A stretch of DNA of 64,000 bases. Source: Fimbriosthenelais zetlandica. Its lineage: Eukaryota. Position numbers and translations under genes: made by a program. Location of the stretch: the NCBI GenBank assembly GCA_977030845.1, contig OZ365109.1, forward strand, positions 55,118,001 through 55,182,000, read 5' to 3'. Every line of letters begins with the position of its first letter. Within the stretch, counting starts at the first letter, position 1. A model generated the notes under the pieces. That model ran no database searches. It was not told where the DNA came from and saw only the letters and a program-made list of their open reading frames with translations. Positions 1 to 14,186 of this stretch are shown piece by piece.

Positions 1-67
1 TTACTGCGTTCGAGCACAAGTGTACTTTTGCATAAGGTTCATCTGACAAGTAATGCATTAATGGGAC

Positions 68-171
68 TTAGTGCCCGTGTGGCCCAGTAAGATAAGGGTG
101 TGGCAATGCGTCTGCATTTACTGTATCCTCTCGTAGGATATCATGTATTTTGTAGACGCTTTGTCTGTGAC
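68..171 (-). CDS. Candidate last (or internal) coding exon of unidentified minus-strand gene (GHRQSVYKIHDILREDTVNADALPHPYLTGPHGH*)
   Basis: tactgatacatttccag acceptor; phase-1 frame open to TAA at 70-68; an internal aca|gtaaat donor at 121 is an alternative. Confidence 0.5.
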
Positions 172-593
172 CTGGAAATGTATCAGTAAAACAGCCCAAT
201 CCTCAACTATTATCAACAATATTGCATTGTTTTATAATGCATAAATATGGTCCAATTTATTTCCATTTTTCAATTTCATCAGATTTCTTCCATTGCCTTT
301 GTAATAGATAGTGACATCCGTTTCTATAGGGGCCTATTAGAACAATTTTGCCATACAAATTGCCTGGCGATTAAAACAAATTCATTATACTACTCACTCA
401 TATAGCCATCAACTTCTTCCCATTTTCTTATACTACTCTTGCCTCAACTCCTCTCCTCTTATATTTTCAATTGACCAAGTAATCGTGAAACGCGATATTT
501 TCACTAACGCCATCGGTCCGTTCTATAATATGCCTCATACATCCATGTCCCACGTGTCATCCTCCTCTGTAGTATTTCATTAAAACATGTTAC

Positions 594-720
594 CTCTGGG
601 ATGGTACGAGGCATCTTCAGTAATTAATGTTAGGAATAGAAACTCACTAAAAGCCTGGTGTTGCACACAAGTGGTAAGTCTTATGGGAGGCAGATGTTTA
701 TCTGGAACGGCGTCGTATAT
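594..720 (-). CDS. Candidate coding exon of unidentified minus-strand gene (IYDAVPDKHLPPIRLTTCVQHQAFSEFLFLTLITEDASYHPR)
   Basis: ctaat...ttcctttcccttcag acceptor, ag|gtaaca donor, 127 nt; only the phase-0 frame is open; ends in phase 1. Confidence 0.6.
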
Positions 721-816
721 CTGAAGGGAAAGGAATAAATTAGAAGATAATGGTCCTCGAGGGCAGAGACTGCAGGGTACATACTGACAAGAAGCACTCT
801 CATGTAAAATCTCTAC

Positions 817-916
817 CTGTTTTCTTACGCTCTTTGGCCGCCATTTTGATGTATGTTCAGGAGACCCACTCAGCTTTAATTTCCACGCATTGACTTGAAC
901 TTGTGGTTTCACATTA
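817..916 (-). CDS. Candidate coding exon of unidentified minus-strand gene (NVKPQVQVNAWKLKLSGSPEHTSKWRPKSVRKQ)
   Basis: tttctcacag acceptor, cag|gtagag donor, 100 nt, phase 2 to 0, open frame. Confidence 0.45.
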
Positions 917-3900
917 CTGTGAGAAACGTTTTATGAGCTGACACTTTAAAGGCATATTTTATTTAGTTCCGATGAAGAAAGTTGGAAGGAAATAAAAAGC
1001 AGAGAGGATGGCAGTTAAAAACAGCCTATTCTTCTCAGAACGGGGACTGCTCGGGGACTAGAATAAAGATGTCACGGAACTATTTGCACATTGCATGATT
1101 CGATAATGGCCAGTAAAATAGAAAGAAGACCCCGAGGTTCTTAGGCATCACTGGTTTATTTCAAGGCACGTACAAACAAGGTGCTAATCAGTCACAACTG
1201 GCACGAAGATTCTGTGACAGCTGCCTGGAGCCGTGTGTCTAAATGTGGTTACAATGTCATTCCAAATTCTCACTCATTCCCCCTGCCATCCTGTCTCATT
1301 AAAGTAAGCCAATGTTCACTGCAATGCAGCATAATACTCTCCTCAACGCAACTGGCTGAATTCATAGAACAGCCATGTACATTTTGCCCTTTGTTAAAAG
1401 ACTGACATTATTCAGTTTTCTCGCTTTCTAATATTTCACAAACGTCATCTTCAGACCTAAGAATTCGGTAAAAATATCATGCGCACATGCTCATTGGATA
1501 AAAAGAGTCACGTGTTCATTGAAAACATGAAAAAGGCATATTTTAATCTCACCTGCTCCTCTTCAGCATATATTATTTGCATGTCTGTCTGTCAGGAAAT
1601 GTTACACTATTCTGTGTTTCACATCCTTATATTGAATTTCCTCGTGCATACGGGCGCATAGTTTGGATAAAGACAATGTAGACTGTTCAAAGGTTTTGCA
1701 ATACAGATTTCTACAGAGACCATTCAACTATTAACTATGGAATGTTGTTTCACATGACTCGTATACCTTTTAAATTGGCCTTTCGAATTACAAGGCCATT
1801 CCATCTCAATCGACTTAAAAGCCCTGGTGGCAGTGATTCCAGGAATCTATTCTGTAAAACGGGAATAGACCATTAACAGATGCAAAAAGATTGGACCTTT
1901 CTACTCTGGCAATTCAAAGAAGCTTTGAACTTTGTTTAGACCAAGAGTTTCCTTCTCGAACCCTCGTTCTACAAACGGTATTGTCTGGGATGAAAGGGAA
2001 GGCAGGTGATGGCAAAAATCAAACAGCTATAGATGATTGCTTGGCATTTCAAAGCTCTGATGTCTAATGTGAATAGGAATTTCTTGCATTTATCAGGGAA
2101 TCTTTCAGTTTTTATGAAACACTCTTGTGTTGAATCTATTATAATTTTCATTTGAAATCTTCCTGGCCTAGGGGAAGATAGTTTTAATGATATATCAAAA
2201 CCTTCAAACAAGCTAGAGCATTTTCAAATTATCCTATAGGGGTTAAGACAAGTTGATGTATATATACATACATGTATCAACATGACTCAAAGGTTGACTG
2301 CCAGATCTTTGATCCACCCTTCACATAATGCACCATGCGTGAATCCATAATCAAACACTACAGTTCATAGGCCCAGAATTTACAGCATATGCATGTAGGC
2401 TACTGAGGGATAAAAGAATTCTCTATCGGTAACTATATCAATATATATATTTATAGAAAGACAGCAACAAGGTCATCATGTTGTTCATGGTTGGCCATGG
2501 TTACATATTTACAATTTAAAGGCGAAATTCATTTCTGCAATGTGGGAGAGTGGCAAAACAGGTCAGCTGTCAAGTGTTGCAACATGTCCAATATCTTGTC
2601 ATTTTCCAGCAAGCTTAAAGCCAGCTCATGCAGGGCCACCTGTACAGCTCCCGTCAACATCCGCCCGCAACACATTTGCATGGGCTGGATCTCCTTCCTT
2701 TTTAATTGAAATCTGATAATTTCGGCCATGGCCTATATCTTTCACACCACCACAAAAGCGATATTGTCATTTGTTTTTAACAGGTGCGATGTGTTCCCTT
2801 ATTTATCAATCATGCAATATTAACCATGTACATACCGCTTGATGAGTGTCTGGATCTCTGAGTTCAAACACATGCAATTTACAGGTACGTTGTACAAGCA
2901 TGAATAAAATATGGGCAGTTATGAAGTTACACCCAGAGCGATATCTAACAAGCCATATCATGATCGTACCCTATAGTACATTACCAAATTGTCATGCATA
3001 ATCGATGCCATCTAGGATCTGGATCAGCTTTGATGCCCAGTTCTTCTAATATTTCCACTCATTCCTTTAGCTTTTTCCGTTCCATACTTGGAGGTCTATC
3101 TTTTCCGTCGGTCCCTATACTGACTAAGTTCGAGGATTTCTGGCTGTCGATTTAATGTCGAATTGTAATGCCATTCTTCGTGAGCAAAAGGTGAGATCTA
3201 CTCTCATACGGACAAGGTGAGGTTGCATGTCTGGCAGTTCTGATACCGAACTGTTGATGAAAATCCATTGCCAAATTTCAACTGGACATATTTCTCGATT
3301 GTTCATAAAAATCATGGGTAGGCCTATGAGAGCTCCGTTTAAAGATCCTGTGCACTGAAAAGGCCAATGAAGCAGAAATGGCTTAAATGAAATTGCACTT
3401 CATTTACATGTAGGCTACTTCATTTGTGTCTTCTTTCAGTTTGGCAATTGTATGCACTGTTAGGCTATTTTATGACTCTCTGAGTTTTATTGATTACTTT
3501 CCTCATTGCTTAGTTGCCATTCAACTTAAGGCCCATAACAATATAGAGATTCTATAGTATCGATCAATGAAGAATAAAGAATCCAATGCGTGGTAGGTTA
3601 AAATACCATATTAAAAAAACGATTTATGACTTAGCAATTACAGGAAACATTGATGTGTTACGCCATTGTTATATTTGTAAGGACATTGTTATTAGATATT
3701 TCATACCTATTACAGATATTCATTGACCCCTTTTTAACCTGCATGTCAGTGTCTTGCTTAATCACCTTCTTGCAAATTCGCAATAGAAGTCACTTTTTAA
3801 CTACTTTGCAACAAAAGTGTTCACTTCTATCAGTGTGTAGACCAAATATATAAGATGTAGGGCAATTAGGTGACTTTGATTTATGACCGCCTATTATTGC

Positions 3901-5612
3901 TATTAATATTCATTTTCATAGATCTTGGTTAGCCTTTAGACATTATCTTCGTATCCACGTGAGCTTGGCTTATGAATAATTGTCCGTAGCTAAAAGGTCA
4001 AGTTTTGGACAATAATGCTTCAGATATAAGAGGATTTCTATTTGACCTGACACAGCGTACTGAAGGCCCCTCAATGTAGAGAAATTATTTTATGAGATTA
4101 TGGCACCAGTCATTCTGTTCTGCCCCTGCATTATTCAGTCAATATATCTAGTCATCAGTCAATTGCTAGTTCACCGAGATGGAGAACGTGGGATAATTTC
4201 ATCTGTTTCTGTCCTGGGACTCCTAGTTTCAATCAGCAGTCTGCATTCATATGGCTCCATAGCAGACGAGTGAAAAGAGGCAATGAATGCACTGTCATCA
4301 ACACTTTATTGTCTACCATTGCTGCTGATGGCTGCCATTGTTCAATCTACAACTTTCACTATAGAAGCTATACAATAGCTCACGTAAGTGAGTACATGTA
4401 GGTTCCATTCACTATTAGGACATTTTCATTTCCCTGTTAACTTAATTTACTAGCAGTTGCCATTGATGATCTAGCTTAGACATGTCTATATACGTTGAAT
4501 ATATGTTTTGTGATGGGCTTTTCGGCCAGACATTAATAAACACGAGAATGGGAGTGGTGAGAACTTCTTTTATTAAATTAAAGTGTTTTTATTTTTTTTT
4601 TTTTACAAAATAGAACAGGATACACTCGCAGAAATACTGTATCTGCATCCTACCACAAGTCCCAAAGTGTATTGTACTGTAAATTGAACTTGATGGCTTT
4701 TGTATTTCTGTCTAGATGTATTGGCTCCTGACATTGGATTGTCATAATAATATTTGGACAGCACATCAGTGCTGATATGTTACAGCAAGTGTTGCGTGAA
4801 AGGAATCCATTCCTTTATTGAATAACTTACTTTTGCTAAGATTCTCTGGCTTTGTCATATGACATCCTTTATCTAAGACCTCATCAAAAGACCAGTACCA
4901 AATCAATAACGTTTGTAGCAGAAATTCAATCACAGCAGGCTGGATAGGAACTTTCCTGTCAGCATGAGCAGTGATTCAAATTTCAATAGTCTGATTCTCC
5001 TGTCCCTGATCAAGGGGGATACTTCAATTAGATGTGCTGCGCCCCACCCGAAGCAGACCTAACAGAACTCGTGAGGAAATTCTGCAGGCAGCTTCCTTCC
5101 AACTCATTCGGTTCCTCCTTGCTGCCCCCCTACCCCACACCCCCTCCCTCATCACCCTTATATTACCCCTCTAAGCCATACTTTGACTTTGATATCTCCA
5201 GGGGAAGGAGAATATATCAATCTGATTGCAGTCAGTTGAATCTCTATGCTGCCCTCTTCTTGGTATTGGCTGATAACGAAGTCCAGATTAGATCCCAGTC
5301 TTGGCCCAAGGGGTGGAGCTGCTGGTGCTGGCTTGATTGTGCTGGCCTCTCCCGGATTTGGTGCTAAGCTTGGTAGACTATGATGGGAATGTATGTTAAA
5401 TTAAGTGAGCACTAACTGCTCAAGCTGGTAAATTCCATATTGTCATCTTGTTTGATTTTCAAGATACGCATAATTTGTAAGGAACACTGGCATTCACTGT
5501 CTGCAATAACTGACATAGGTCTATCCATTATTGTGTCAAGGCTGACATTCTGGACGAGGCCGTTAAAGCCAGGGTGAAGGCCCTTTTTAAAAGATTAAAA
5601 AAGACCTCCCGA

Positions 5613-5646
5613 CCTCCTCTTTTCCAAAATCCTGGACCCGCTCCTG
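5613..5646 (-). repeat. Terminus of the same MITE-like repeat family
   Basis: Reverse complement caggagcgggtccaggattttggaaaagaggagg aligns with 61625-61660. Confidence 0.55.
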
Positions 5647-5756
5647 AAGTCCTGTCATGGAGACAAGGGCGGGGTTCATTCACATCTGTGAAGCTCATGA
5701 AGTTCAGGTTTCTTAGACAATCATGCTCTTTCACAGCCATTCATGCAGATGCTTAC

Positions 5757-5836
5757 ATCATGTGAGATGCTGACATCTGTGGAAATGTGGAAGCATCACA
5801 TCCATGAACGATCCGCTCCCTATCAAGTCTGCCCAT
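5757..5836 (-). CDS. Candidate first coding exon of unidentified minus-strand gene (MGRLDRERIVHGCDASTFPQMSASHM-I); exon 5888-5757
   Basis: Minus strand: tttctttcttttatttcaattcag acceptor before 5888, gat|gtaagc donor after 5757; ATG at 5836 is open to the donor in phase 2, matching the next exon. Confidence 0.4.
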
Positions 5837-7799
5837 GCAGCACCTCCCTCTGGTGGGAATCTGTAGGTTCTATATTCTTCTCTCTTTACTGAATTGAAAT
5901 AAAAGAAAGAAACACTTCTAAATATTTTTTAAAAATGGAACTGAGTCTCAAAGTGAGCTACTGCCCAATTGCCCTTTTGAATGCTCAACTGCTCCCCGTT
6001 ACATTCTGTTTGGAACTGGGAACTATTATATCTAATATGACTATACCGCGTATGACTATAAAGTGATTCGCAGCACTAAAATTCTATGAAACAGATTCAT
6101 ATAAATGTCACTTCATTGAAATTGTTGATAACGTTGTGCATAAGATCTGATGTCAGCGATAACTATAAGCTCCCGAGTTTAAAAATACTGGCTTAATGAA
6201 ATTCTCTGATGAGCGTATGCTGAATGTAATATTACCATGCTATACGGTCATAATTAAATTGCATCAATTGCTACTATTGATTAACAATAAGAAAAAGATC
6301 TTCAATTTTCCGAGGGTAAATGTGAACTGTATGTACACAGGCTAGTAGAGAATACATTATAGCGGCTTTGTTTTTTGTCAATTTTGTGGGCATACATGTA
6401 CTTAAGAATTGCCTCAGAAACCATTTACCTACTCTGCCATCAGTCAAAATCTCCGACTATACGCCTTATGCCCCTTGGTTGATAATCTGACGACTTGCAC
6501 TTTTCAATAAATCTCACTCAATCAACCCCTGTCTTCACAATCTCGGGGTCTTATCACAAAAATCTGGCACAGATGTGCTTCTTCAAGCACCTATAATTAC
6601 ATGGGGGAATTCCTCTATACTCTTTTCAATACCTTTATGAAAAGGTCCCCTGTTCTTACCAAGTCCCCAGCTCAGTAATTGATGGGACCTTTTCATATTG
6701 GAAGACAGCAGAACATGTACAATATTGACCTGGAAATTTCGTACTTCCTTATTTGCAATTCCTTGTTTTCATGAAAAGGCCCCCACCCGATTTGGGATAT
6801 ACTTTATATCCGATCCATCAAGTTATCTCAATCCATTACAATTCATTCTGCATCCACATCAACAAATATTCCACGGCTGATATTCATTATTTCCTTTCAG
6901 TAATAGTCTTCTCAGATCGATACACTACACAATCGTGAGCTAAATCTGCTTACTGTTGAGACCTTAATATAAGACTCCATCTATAAAATATGGATTATGT
7001 AGGCATTTCATATTTGCTAGTTTGTGGATGCACGATGGTGCACGATTGATAATGCTACAGAAAATGTAGAGTAGTTCTGCCCTGAATTATTTAGGGTTAA
7101 TATGATGGAAGAAGTTCATGACAGGTGCATCCGCTGTGAGACGATAATTATATACTTAATTCTATTAGATCCATATAAGCTTAAAAAGGATCGTATTCAT
7201 GATTGTAGGACAAATTATTTTTTACCTGTTCTAAACGATTGGATCATGTATGAATTATCCGTCAGGGTTGCGACATGTTCTTATAACATTATCTAGTCAA
7301 CAAAATAAACAGTTTATAATGCTAGTTAATAAATCCGGAATTAATGTGCTCATGAAGTGCTTCCACTTGTATAATTTCCAAATTCATTATGTAATTGAGT
7401 ACAGATCTATTCGGCATCACGTAGGCTTAGTGCGGGATTCTGTTTCACATGTTGAGTTAATGGATAAAGAGCATTGCATGTCATGTCTCTACGAGGACCT
7501 GTTTGGAATGCATCCAGTTCTAGTAACCTGTCCCAATGCACTGCCCGCTTCATTTGTAGAGGGAGGAGATCGATTGGAATCCTTGCATTGAGAATTGCCT
7601 GCTCAGCTCTAGCAGCTGGGGAGAAACGAGGGCATTGGCTGAATTCAAATAAGCGTCTCCATCTGTTGGGCACCACACTATGTGGTCTTTCCTGGGTTTT
7701 GATATAGGGGCCAGTATATAGGACGAAAAATAGATGATACATTTGTTATGTATGTCATGGGTTATCAGGATGAAAATCTCTATATTGCTATATTACATA

Positions 7800-7885
7800 G
7801 AGATGGAGAGAAAGAGAGAATTGGACATAGAGAGGGGGAGGGAGAGACAGACAGACAGAGAGAGACAGAGAGAGGGGTTGGGGGA
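7800..7885. repeat. GA/GACA-rich simple repeat
   Basis: agagatggagagaaagagaga...gagacagacagacagagagagacagagaga. Confidence 0.8.
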
Positions 7886-8160
7886 GTCTAATGAATGCTC
7901 ATAAGTCAGCCGGAGAAAGCCGCCTAATAATTTAATCAGGGGAAGAGAGTAGGTATAGGTAAATGAAGGCTTTGTCCTGTAGACTCAGTGCTGAAAGATG
8001 GAGGATTAGTTTCGTCTACTCTAGCTATCCAGGGAGACAGGTTAGCTTTGGATGTGACTCCAAAGTGGACCGTGACCCATGTTTTATTTATGAGGCCATG
8101 CACTGGAGGAGTCCCCCGCCAGGGTATTGGGAACTGGGCATTGATTTCCCTCCCATGTGA

Positions 8161-8187
8161 TGGTGGTGGTGGTAGTGGTGGTGGTGG
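8161..8187. repeat. (TGG)n microsatellite
   Basis: tggtggtggtggtagtggtggtggtgg. Confidence 0.85.
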
Positions 8188-11100
8188 GTGGTTCTGGAGG
8201 CAGTGGTCTCTGCTTGCTTGGTTCTAAGCTTAAAGCCTTGCGATAGAGCAGTGAATAAAAGAAGGGACAGCTCAGGGGACCCCCTCACAAGAAGGGGAGG
8301 ATGGGCATGTTCTAAATTTAGAACAGCCAGGCCTGAAGGGCCTGCTTATTTCGTGTCTATTGGACAGTAGTGAATCTGATGATAGTGTGTGTGAATGTAG
8401 TTTAAATTAGAGCTTTTTCCCACTAAAGGCCAGTAAACATTAAAATGATTGCTTCGTTAATGGGATGTCCCACATCCAGTTGCTGTCTGGTAAATATTTA
8501 TTATCGCTGTCATATATACTCAACATATACTGAGGGAAACCCGAAACACATTTCACTTTGTCTGCAGCTATTATTTGCAGCATAATTCCAAGACACATTG
8601 CTGTATTTCCATTTGGTGCTTATTCCTAAACGTATGCATGTTTTTAAACGCCATCCATTTTTTGATATTCCATAATACCATAATGGCCATCATTAATTTC
8701 AAGGTTCTTGTTTGAGTCTCTTGCCACGTTGAGAACTTTGGCAAAAATCAAAGGCAAGCAAACTCATTTGTTTTCAATTCTTTGAAAATGTCCTCCTTGC
8801 ATATAAAACATGCCAGTAAAAGATACCCGATGCACCAATATGAAGTAATTTCAGGACTCATTGTGAAGGTACACGGCTTCCCAAGACGGCCATCATTTCA
8901 TGTACTACTTGTACAAGAAAGCTCTATCGCCTCGTAAGTCCCTGACACTGAATTGCTTTTGCAAGTCCAGTTCCTTCCTGTCAGTCCTTAATTTCAGGAA
9001 GGGCGACTGCGGAGGTCATTGTGCCCGGATCTTGACCTTTGAACCCAGTCATCAGTCATCTGTTAGATATTCCGGGCACACTCTGGTTCTTCACATGTTA
9101 ATTTACCTTAAGGAGACCCGTGGCAAAAGATCTACATTGAACCCTCCCAGGCGCCCCAGGCTCTTGCTTAAAATAGCCCAACAATGGACTTGCTGTGGAA
9201 AATAACCCACAAATGGACGTCGGAGGAATTCATATCTGACATCGTACATTTCGTTTATGTATTCTCAGAACAATACCAATTTTGATAATTCTGATAACTA
9301 TGCAATGATATGGGAAACAACTCGCATGGAGAGGTCGGTTTACTCAAATGGTGTTTTTTTTCTCCTCCCCCTTTTCAAGTGGAATGCATTTGATGCGTTC
9401 AATTCATGGTTTCCATCCCAGCCATCACACAAGGACAGCTAGTCCCATAGTTGCCCCTAATTTTAGCACACTACTCTGGGTTCCCATCCCTTATTTTCCC
9501 CCATCACACTATAGGCTTTGGCTGAACTGCAGTCGCAGCAGCATGGCAGTTGTGTTGTGGAGCCTTGCAGCTGTAGCATCACCACTACCACCCTACATCC
9601 TCCTCCTGCACCTCCTCCTGCCTCTCTGTCTCTCCTCCTACTCCCCATGGTGGAGGGCCAACACTGGAACTCAGCTGCTCCTGGGTTTAGATACTACTAC
9701 AACTCCACTTCCTTATACCAGTCAGAACTATACTGGGTCTCATGCCGTCACTATAGGACCTACTACTATAACAACTGAGGCTCAGATAATATAATATTCC
9801 ATGGTTGTTCGTCCTAGTTGCAATACAAGGATATCCGATACACACATACAACCATTTACAATTCAGGATATATTTTATTTAATCGGATTTATGTGAGATC
9901 TAATACCACATTGATTGTGTGACTCTAACATTAAAACCACAAGAAGAACAACCACCAAGGAGTGAGTTGTGTGTACTTGACACACCGCAAAATTTTGCCA
10001 CCAAGTCTTAGGATCGAGGTATATCATGGCCAAAGTGGCTTCTTGGGCACCCTGATTCAACCCAAGGCGTACTAGCTCCCAAGGAATATTTTTGGATTAT
10101 ACTCTCCTGAGGTGGTCTTCCCTTGTCACCAAAGTTTATATATCCATTATTTATTGCCAAAACTACCCGAATCTTACGTAGCATACACAAAAGGTAATAA
10201 TTTATATATTCATAGATGATACACACCCGAGGGGCTTTGGGTATGGGTTTAGTTAGTAATGCCATGATGTGCAACTTGTTTGTTCCTTGATAAGATCACA
10301 CGGTCACCCATGCACGAGCACATAGCCTAGATATTAGTGGTAATTGAAAGCAATTCACCCGTGATGACAGTGACATTGCCATCATAATGTGATGGAAAAA
10401 TCGATCTATGCTGTCAGCTCATTTTCAGCGAGAATTTACAACAGCACGGAGCGCAATGATATTATGCCATGGCTCTAGCTATCCAACCTAAATTGTCTCA
10501 TGGGGCGTGCAAGATGTAGGTTTGGCATCACTCTTTCTTCTTGCTGCCAAAAGTTAGCATTGATAAAATTGATAGCTTCGTTCATCTGAATTGATTGGCA
10601 ACAACTTGAAAAGGATGAACTCTGATGGCATATAGATCCCCATTGTAAATATTCATCTCCTTAAAACCGTTTATTCTGTGTGGGAACAGCAGGGGACTTT
10701 CATGCTGATAGCCCTAAGCACTACACTAATCCTTTGAAGTACAAAGTCAATGAAGAAGGACCTTTGGTTGAGATTATTGTACCAAAGTAAAATGGAGGAA
10801 ATTAATCACAGAGAATGGTGGAAATGGGGAAGGGTGGCAGCCGTATCCAACAGTTAGCTGAAGTTGTTTATTTACTGGTGTAGGGAATAAGTCGATATCC
10901 CCAACCACCGTGCCATTCTGACATTGATCAATCCTGGTGGGTGCAGCACTTTCTGCTACTTTGTTTACTTCCATTCTAGATATCTGTAAAATATAATTTT
11001 AAAGGTATTTCATTATAATATTGTATAATATATTTTAGAAAGTAAAGAAATAATCATAGAGGCGTTTAGTTAGGGTTAGATTTAAACAACCACAAAGTCA

Positions 11101-13299
11101 TAGACTATAACTTATTGATTTATTGAATTTTAATCTTATTCATTGATCTAGACTTTTAGACAATTTTTCTGGCCACAAATAGTAACTGTTGGATACAAGC
11201 AGATCTCGAATCAAGGCCTAACAGATTTTGACATTTCTAATAGTTTTAAAATTTCTTGTAATATCAAATCACCATTATGAATTCGGGCATACGTTAACCA
11301 TCATTATTACACGATAATGACTCCATTAGCTAATTTGTCTTCCACAGTATTGTATGGCCCGTGCCACCTGTTCAGTTGCCCTTCCTGCTGATCATTACAG
11401 GTGATACGTTGGGAGACATTGCATGACTATTGGGTTATACAGGCGAATCCAGGGGATGCTTGTCGCTGCTTTATTCTAAAAGGCAGGGAATCTGTAAGCA
11501 GCCCATGTGCAATGGGAAATCCACGTATACTAGTCCTGATACATATATGATAATACCTATTTTTGTTAAATTTCCCGTTGTGCCAATCCACACAAGTTCA
11601 GATAATAACATACCCTTATATGGTGCATGAAGGCATAGAGATTGTTTTACAGATGCAACGTATTATTGTACGTGTCCAATCAGGATGAATACATTTAAAA
11701 CATTGCAGGTTTTTTGTTTCATAGAGATGTAACAGAATCAGGCTACATTGCAACTGTGGTAATCACCCATGGGAATGGACAGATAAAAACAACCACACAT
11801 GGCTACCTGAAGCATAGTTATTGCTTTTGTTCAGAGATAAAGGCTTGTTACACGTGTTCAGTGGTGAGACTAAATAGTTCAATAGGTATTTTTGTAAAGA
11901 ATATTATGCCCGTTATTTTACCTGTTTTATCAGGTTTTAAATCGTCATATTTTCAGATGCATAGAAAACTCTTTGAGATGCATAGAAAACAGTCTGTATC
12001 CTGGTAGAATTAATTGATGCTTTTATCTTCGATAAATACTCTTAAGGATTTATAATCTAATGTATATTACAAGGGAAATTCTATTAAATGTAGGCCTATT
12101 GTGTTTTCAGCTGTTGCAAATCTGCTGTGAAACATCCAATGAAAAGCCATGACCCAGAGAATGGCCCAATCCATTGCTGAGTAAACAGATGTCTATCTGT
12201 GTCATTTACATAAACCATTAATGGAAACTGATATAAAAAAAATCCAAGGCAAAGTATTAATCGTGGTTTGATTAAGGCACCCTTCTCTTGCCAACAAAAC
12301 CGAGAAGAGCGATTCAGGCCGCTTAATCCTGAGCGAAATGAAGGATCTCTTGTCACTCAGATTGGATAGCAAGCCCTGGGCTGCCTAATAGCTATTGACT
12401 CAGCAGATAGTCCCAAGACCCGCCACTAATACTAAGAGTCCAGGGCCTCAGATTCTCTCCCCTAAGGAGGATCAGTCATGGTGTATTCAGTGATGCCGAA
12501 TCTATAGCAAATGGATGATTTCCCACTTTGGTTTGCCTGGCCACGAAGAAGGCCGGTCAGTCACAGCTTTTGTCTTGCTCGGCGAGATTGATCAGCATTA
12601 AGTACTACTTTGCCAGGGTCTTAGCTTCCATGGGCTTTTACTTATTGCTTCTTTCTGGAAAAGATTCAATTTATCTTTCCAGGTATGGCTAATTCTCTTT
12701 ATTCATTCCTACTAATTGCTTGGATTTCTCTATATAAAGTAGGATCTTTGTCTATTATGACCTAAACTGATTTGGTTTCAAGTGATTATAGGTAAATGGA
12801 TATTGACATTGATGTGGCAATGAATCAGTAATCCATTAACTTGATTTTGTACATCCATCTATCCAATGAAGAATTATGATAAAGGCCACTATCAAATTTG
12901 CCTTGCATCATTTGTGTTAGCTCGGTAAGCTAGATTTACTATTGTAATTTTTAAAGGATTGTCCATAATTACTCAAAGCTCTGTAAACAGGATGAATTGT
13001 TGAAGAATTGTCCATAGTTACTCAAAACACTCATAATCCTTTAAGTGATACATGTACATCGATTATAGGCTTTCTGTTGTTCCTGAGCAATTATTTCCAA
13101 CCAGATCTATTGCTATTGATTGTAAATCCCTTATGCATGAATTATTGGGTTAAATACCCCGAGAATTATTGTAGCTTCCCTTTTGAATGCAAAATACCAT
13201 TGAAAACCTGTGGGTTTTTTTTTATTTGAAATACCCTGACTACATCAGAACATCAGAAAAGTCTCGTTTGTAAAACATTTCAATGAGTACAGAGTAAAA

Positions 13300-13700
13300 T
13301 TCGTGAGAAAAGTAAATACTCAGATTCATATATACCTTCTGTTAAAACAGTACGTGCATGGTCGTAAATAAGTCTCTTCACTTTTGGCTTATGATCCTGA
13401 TAATCCCTCGAATCAGACTCCAGAACACTATGAAACTTAATACATTGATTTCAGCACCGTTTTGTTTGCCGGAAGTATCGTATTTCTCGGAGTTTCTGAA
13501 CATTCTCCGGAATTGCAGCTCATTTCATGTCGTTGTTTAATAGTCATTAAAGACATTAATTTCCGTGCTGTCGCAAAGATTCTAATGTTTCATCCGGGCT
13601 AACGATTCAAAGTTATTGCCAACAGACATCAGCATTTAGAAAAAAAGATTTAAATGATTATTCAACCAGAATGGCCGTTTCCATTAAATTGATCATTTTC
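13300..13700. promoter_or_regulatory. Putative (possibly bidirectional) promoter region with ETS motif CCGGAAGT
   Basis: CCGGAAGT at 13469-13476 with several nearby CpG-containing motifs, about 0.7 kb upstream of SLC38A11 exon 1; a minus-strand donor (gaag|gtatat, exon end 13336) lies just to its left. Confidence 0.35.
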
Positions 13701-14186
13701 ACTAAATGGGAAACTTCGCTGTTCCAAAGAAAGGACACTCTCTTGGGGAAGAGTGGTTTCTTTGTTAGTCATAAAATGCCAACTTGCAGTTTCAATGACT
13801 TGGAACAAGTTCCAATTTTGGATTTCACCCTGCAATAAGCCTGTCAGATTGCCTGTGATTGCCCTGTGATTGATTTAGTTACCTGATCGACCAAGGATGA
13901 AAATAATAATAGAAAAGGACAGATATTAATATGAACAGATAGAATCTCGTGTATGCATGCATAGGGGCGGGGGGTGGTGGTTTGGTAATATTTGATAGTC
14001 CCCATTCAAAAACAGTGCAATATATCGATCGTAAAACTCAAAGCATCATAATTATGAAGATCATCTATGAGGTTTTTCTCAGACATAGTAGGATAAAACA
14101 TTTATTATGCAATGATGTAGAGCCCAGATTTTTCCGTTTAGATTTTAATAGATGAATGATATTTTTCTTGCAGGGAGGTCGTTAAA

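Noticed and set aside
837-848. YY1/start-codon-like AAAATGGCGGCC on the minus strand as a gene start (MAAKE)
   Set aside because: Both nearby donors give phase 1, which runs into a stop in the 720-594 exon; it is better read as S-K-W-R-P within the 916-817 exon.
1700-3330. Stop-riddled protein-like stretches (also near 8500-9100, 21450-22170, 42700-42940)
   Set aside because: Probably very old transposon debris, but no diagnostic catalytic motif could be identified.
9348-9794. 148-aa ORF with hydrophobic and Thr-rich segments (secreted or mucin-like?)
   Set aside because: Low-complexity CCT/CTA-rich DNA opens several frames at once; no convincing splice or promoter context.
10774-10984. Minus-strand ORF MEVNKVAESAAP... 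after a ttttacag acceptor as the start of the divergent gene
   Set aside because: Its candidate donor (phase 0) hits an immediate TAA at the strong 5888 acceptor; no recognisable homology.
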